The notes under the pieces are model-generated. The model worked only from the letters and a program-made list of their open reading frames with translations, was not told the origin of the DNA and searched no databases. The position numbers were made by a program, and so were the translations under genes. 17,510 nt of DNA from Fidelibacterota bacterium (GTDB lineage: Bacteria > Fidelibacterota > Marinisomatia > Marinisomatales > UBA2128): positions 1 through 17,510 of the forward strand of contig JBHHUM010000042.1 of NCBI GenBank assembly GCA_046861645.1. The letters are read 5' to 3'. Within the stretch, counting starts at the first letter, position 1. Each line of letters starts with the position of its first letter. Positions 17,071 through 17,510 of this stretch are shown one piece after another.

Positions 17071-17510
17071 TTAGAAAGGGTCCCCGGGAAGTATCTTCTT
17101 TTCTATGACATAACGAGTTAGCCCAACAACATCATGAATATCCAGCTTCTGCATAATGTTTTGACGATGCGTTCGCACAGTGTTAGCGCTAATGTGCAGC
17201 TGTTTCGCTATGTCCTCCGCGCTAAATCCTTCTATAATCAACTGTAAAACTTCTCTCTCTCTAAGGGTAAGACCAGCGTGGGGCGATTGATGACTCTCAA
17301 TTTCTCTTGATGCTTCAGTGAACGCCTTTAATACTGTTCTGGAAACAGCCGGACTTAAAAATGCCCGTCCTCGGGCTACTTCCTTGACTGCCCGGAGAAG
17401 ATCATCAGATGCAGTTTGTTTCAGCAGATAACCTGAGGCACCAGCCTTAACTGCTTCCTGCACAAACTCTTCATCAGTGTACATGGAGAGGATTATTACT
17501 TTTGTACCCG
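17071..17510 (-). CDS. NarL/FixJ-family (REC + LuxR HTH) response regulator, 5'-truncated by the window edge
   Basis: The frame stays open to the window edge (GTKVIILSMYTDEEFV...GASGYLLK). The HTH reads LTLREREVLQLIIEG...IAKQLHISANTVRTHRQNIMQKL. The track's ATG at 17484 is internal. Confidence 0.95.
   Translation of the reverse strand, partial: GTKVIILSMYTDEEFVQEAVKAGASGYLLKQTASDDLLRAVKEVARGRAFLSPAVSRTVLKAFTEASREIESHQSPHAGLTLREREVLQLIIEGFSAEDIAKQLHISANTVRTHRQNIMQKLDIHDVVGLTRYVIEKKILPGDPF

Overview
Bacterial chromosomal window with four blocks. (1) 1-2771 (+): an AT-rich redox/metal-stress-like cluster containing the 3' end of an ECF sigma factor with a Cys-containing tail, a translationally coupled ZAS-like anti-sigma with a degenerate Zn motif, a DUF6463-like membrane protein, a five-CxxCH cytochrome c lipoprotein and a tandem-domain CMD/AhpD protein. 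(2) 2838-13562 (-): a tightly packed run in transcription order [flavin split-barrel::MenA fusion]-menG-carA-GT39 glycosyltransferase-ABC ATPase-ABC permease-LolA-like-carB. Four envelope genes separate carA from carB, and an intrinsic terminator-like hairpin lies between menA and the menG core. (3) 13683-15003 (+): a divergent AroQ-fold protein lacking most catalytic residues, overlapping an M23 peptidase lipoprotein. (4) 15004-17510: a structured intergenic region with a candidate 28-aa ORF, then (-) a 5'-truncated NarL/FixJ response regulator and a patatin whose sigma70 promoter is abutted by an array of AATACGAC half-sites. The most novel candidates are the split-barrel/MenA fusion next to menG, the AroQ pseudo-enzyme, the ECF/anti-sigma/cytochrome/CMD cluster and the operator array. 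All family calls come from motifs recognised by eye; no searches were run. No rRNA, tRNA, CRISPR array or transposase was seen.
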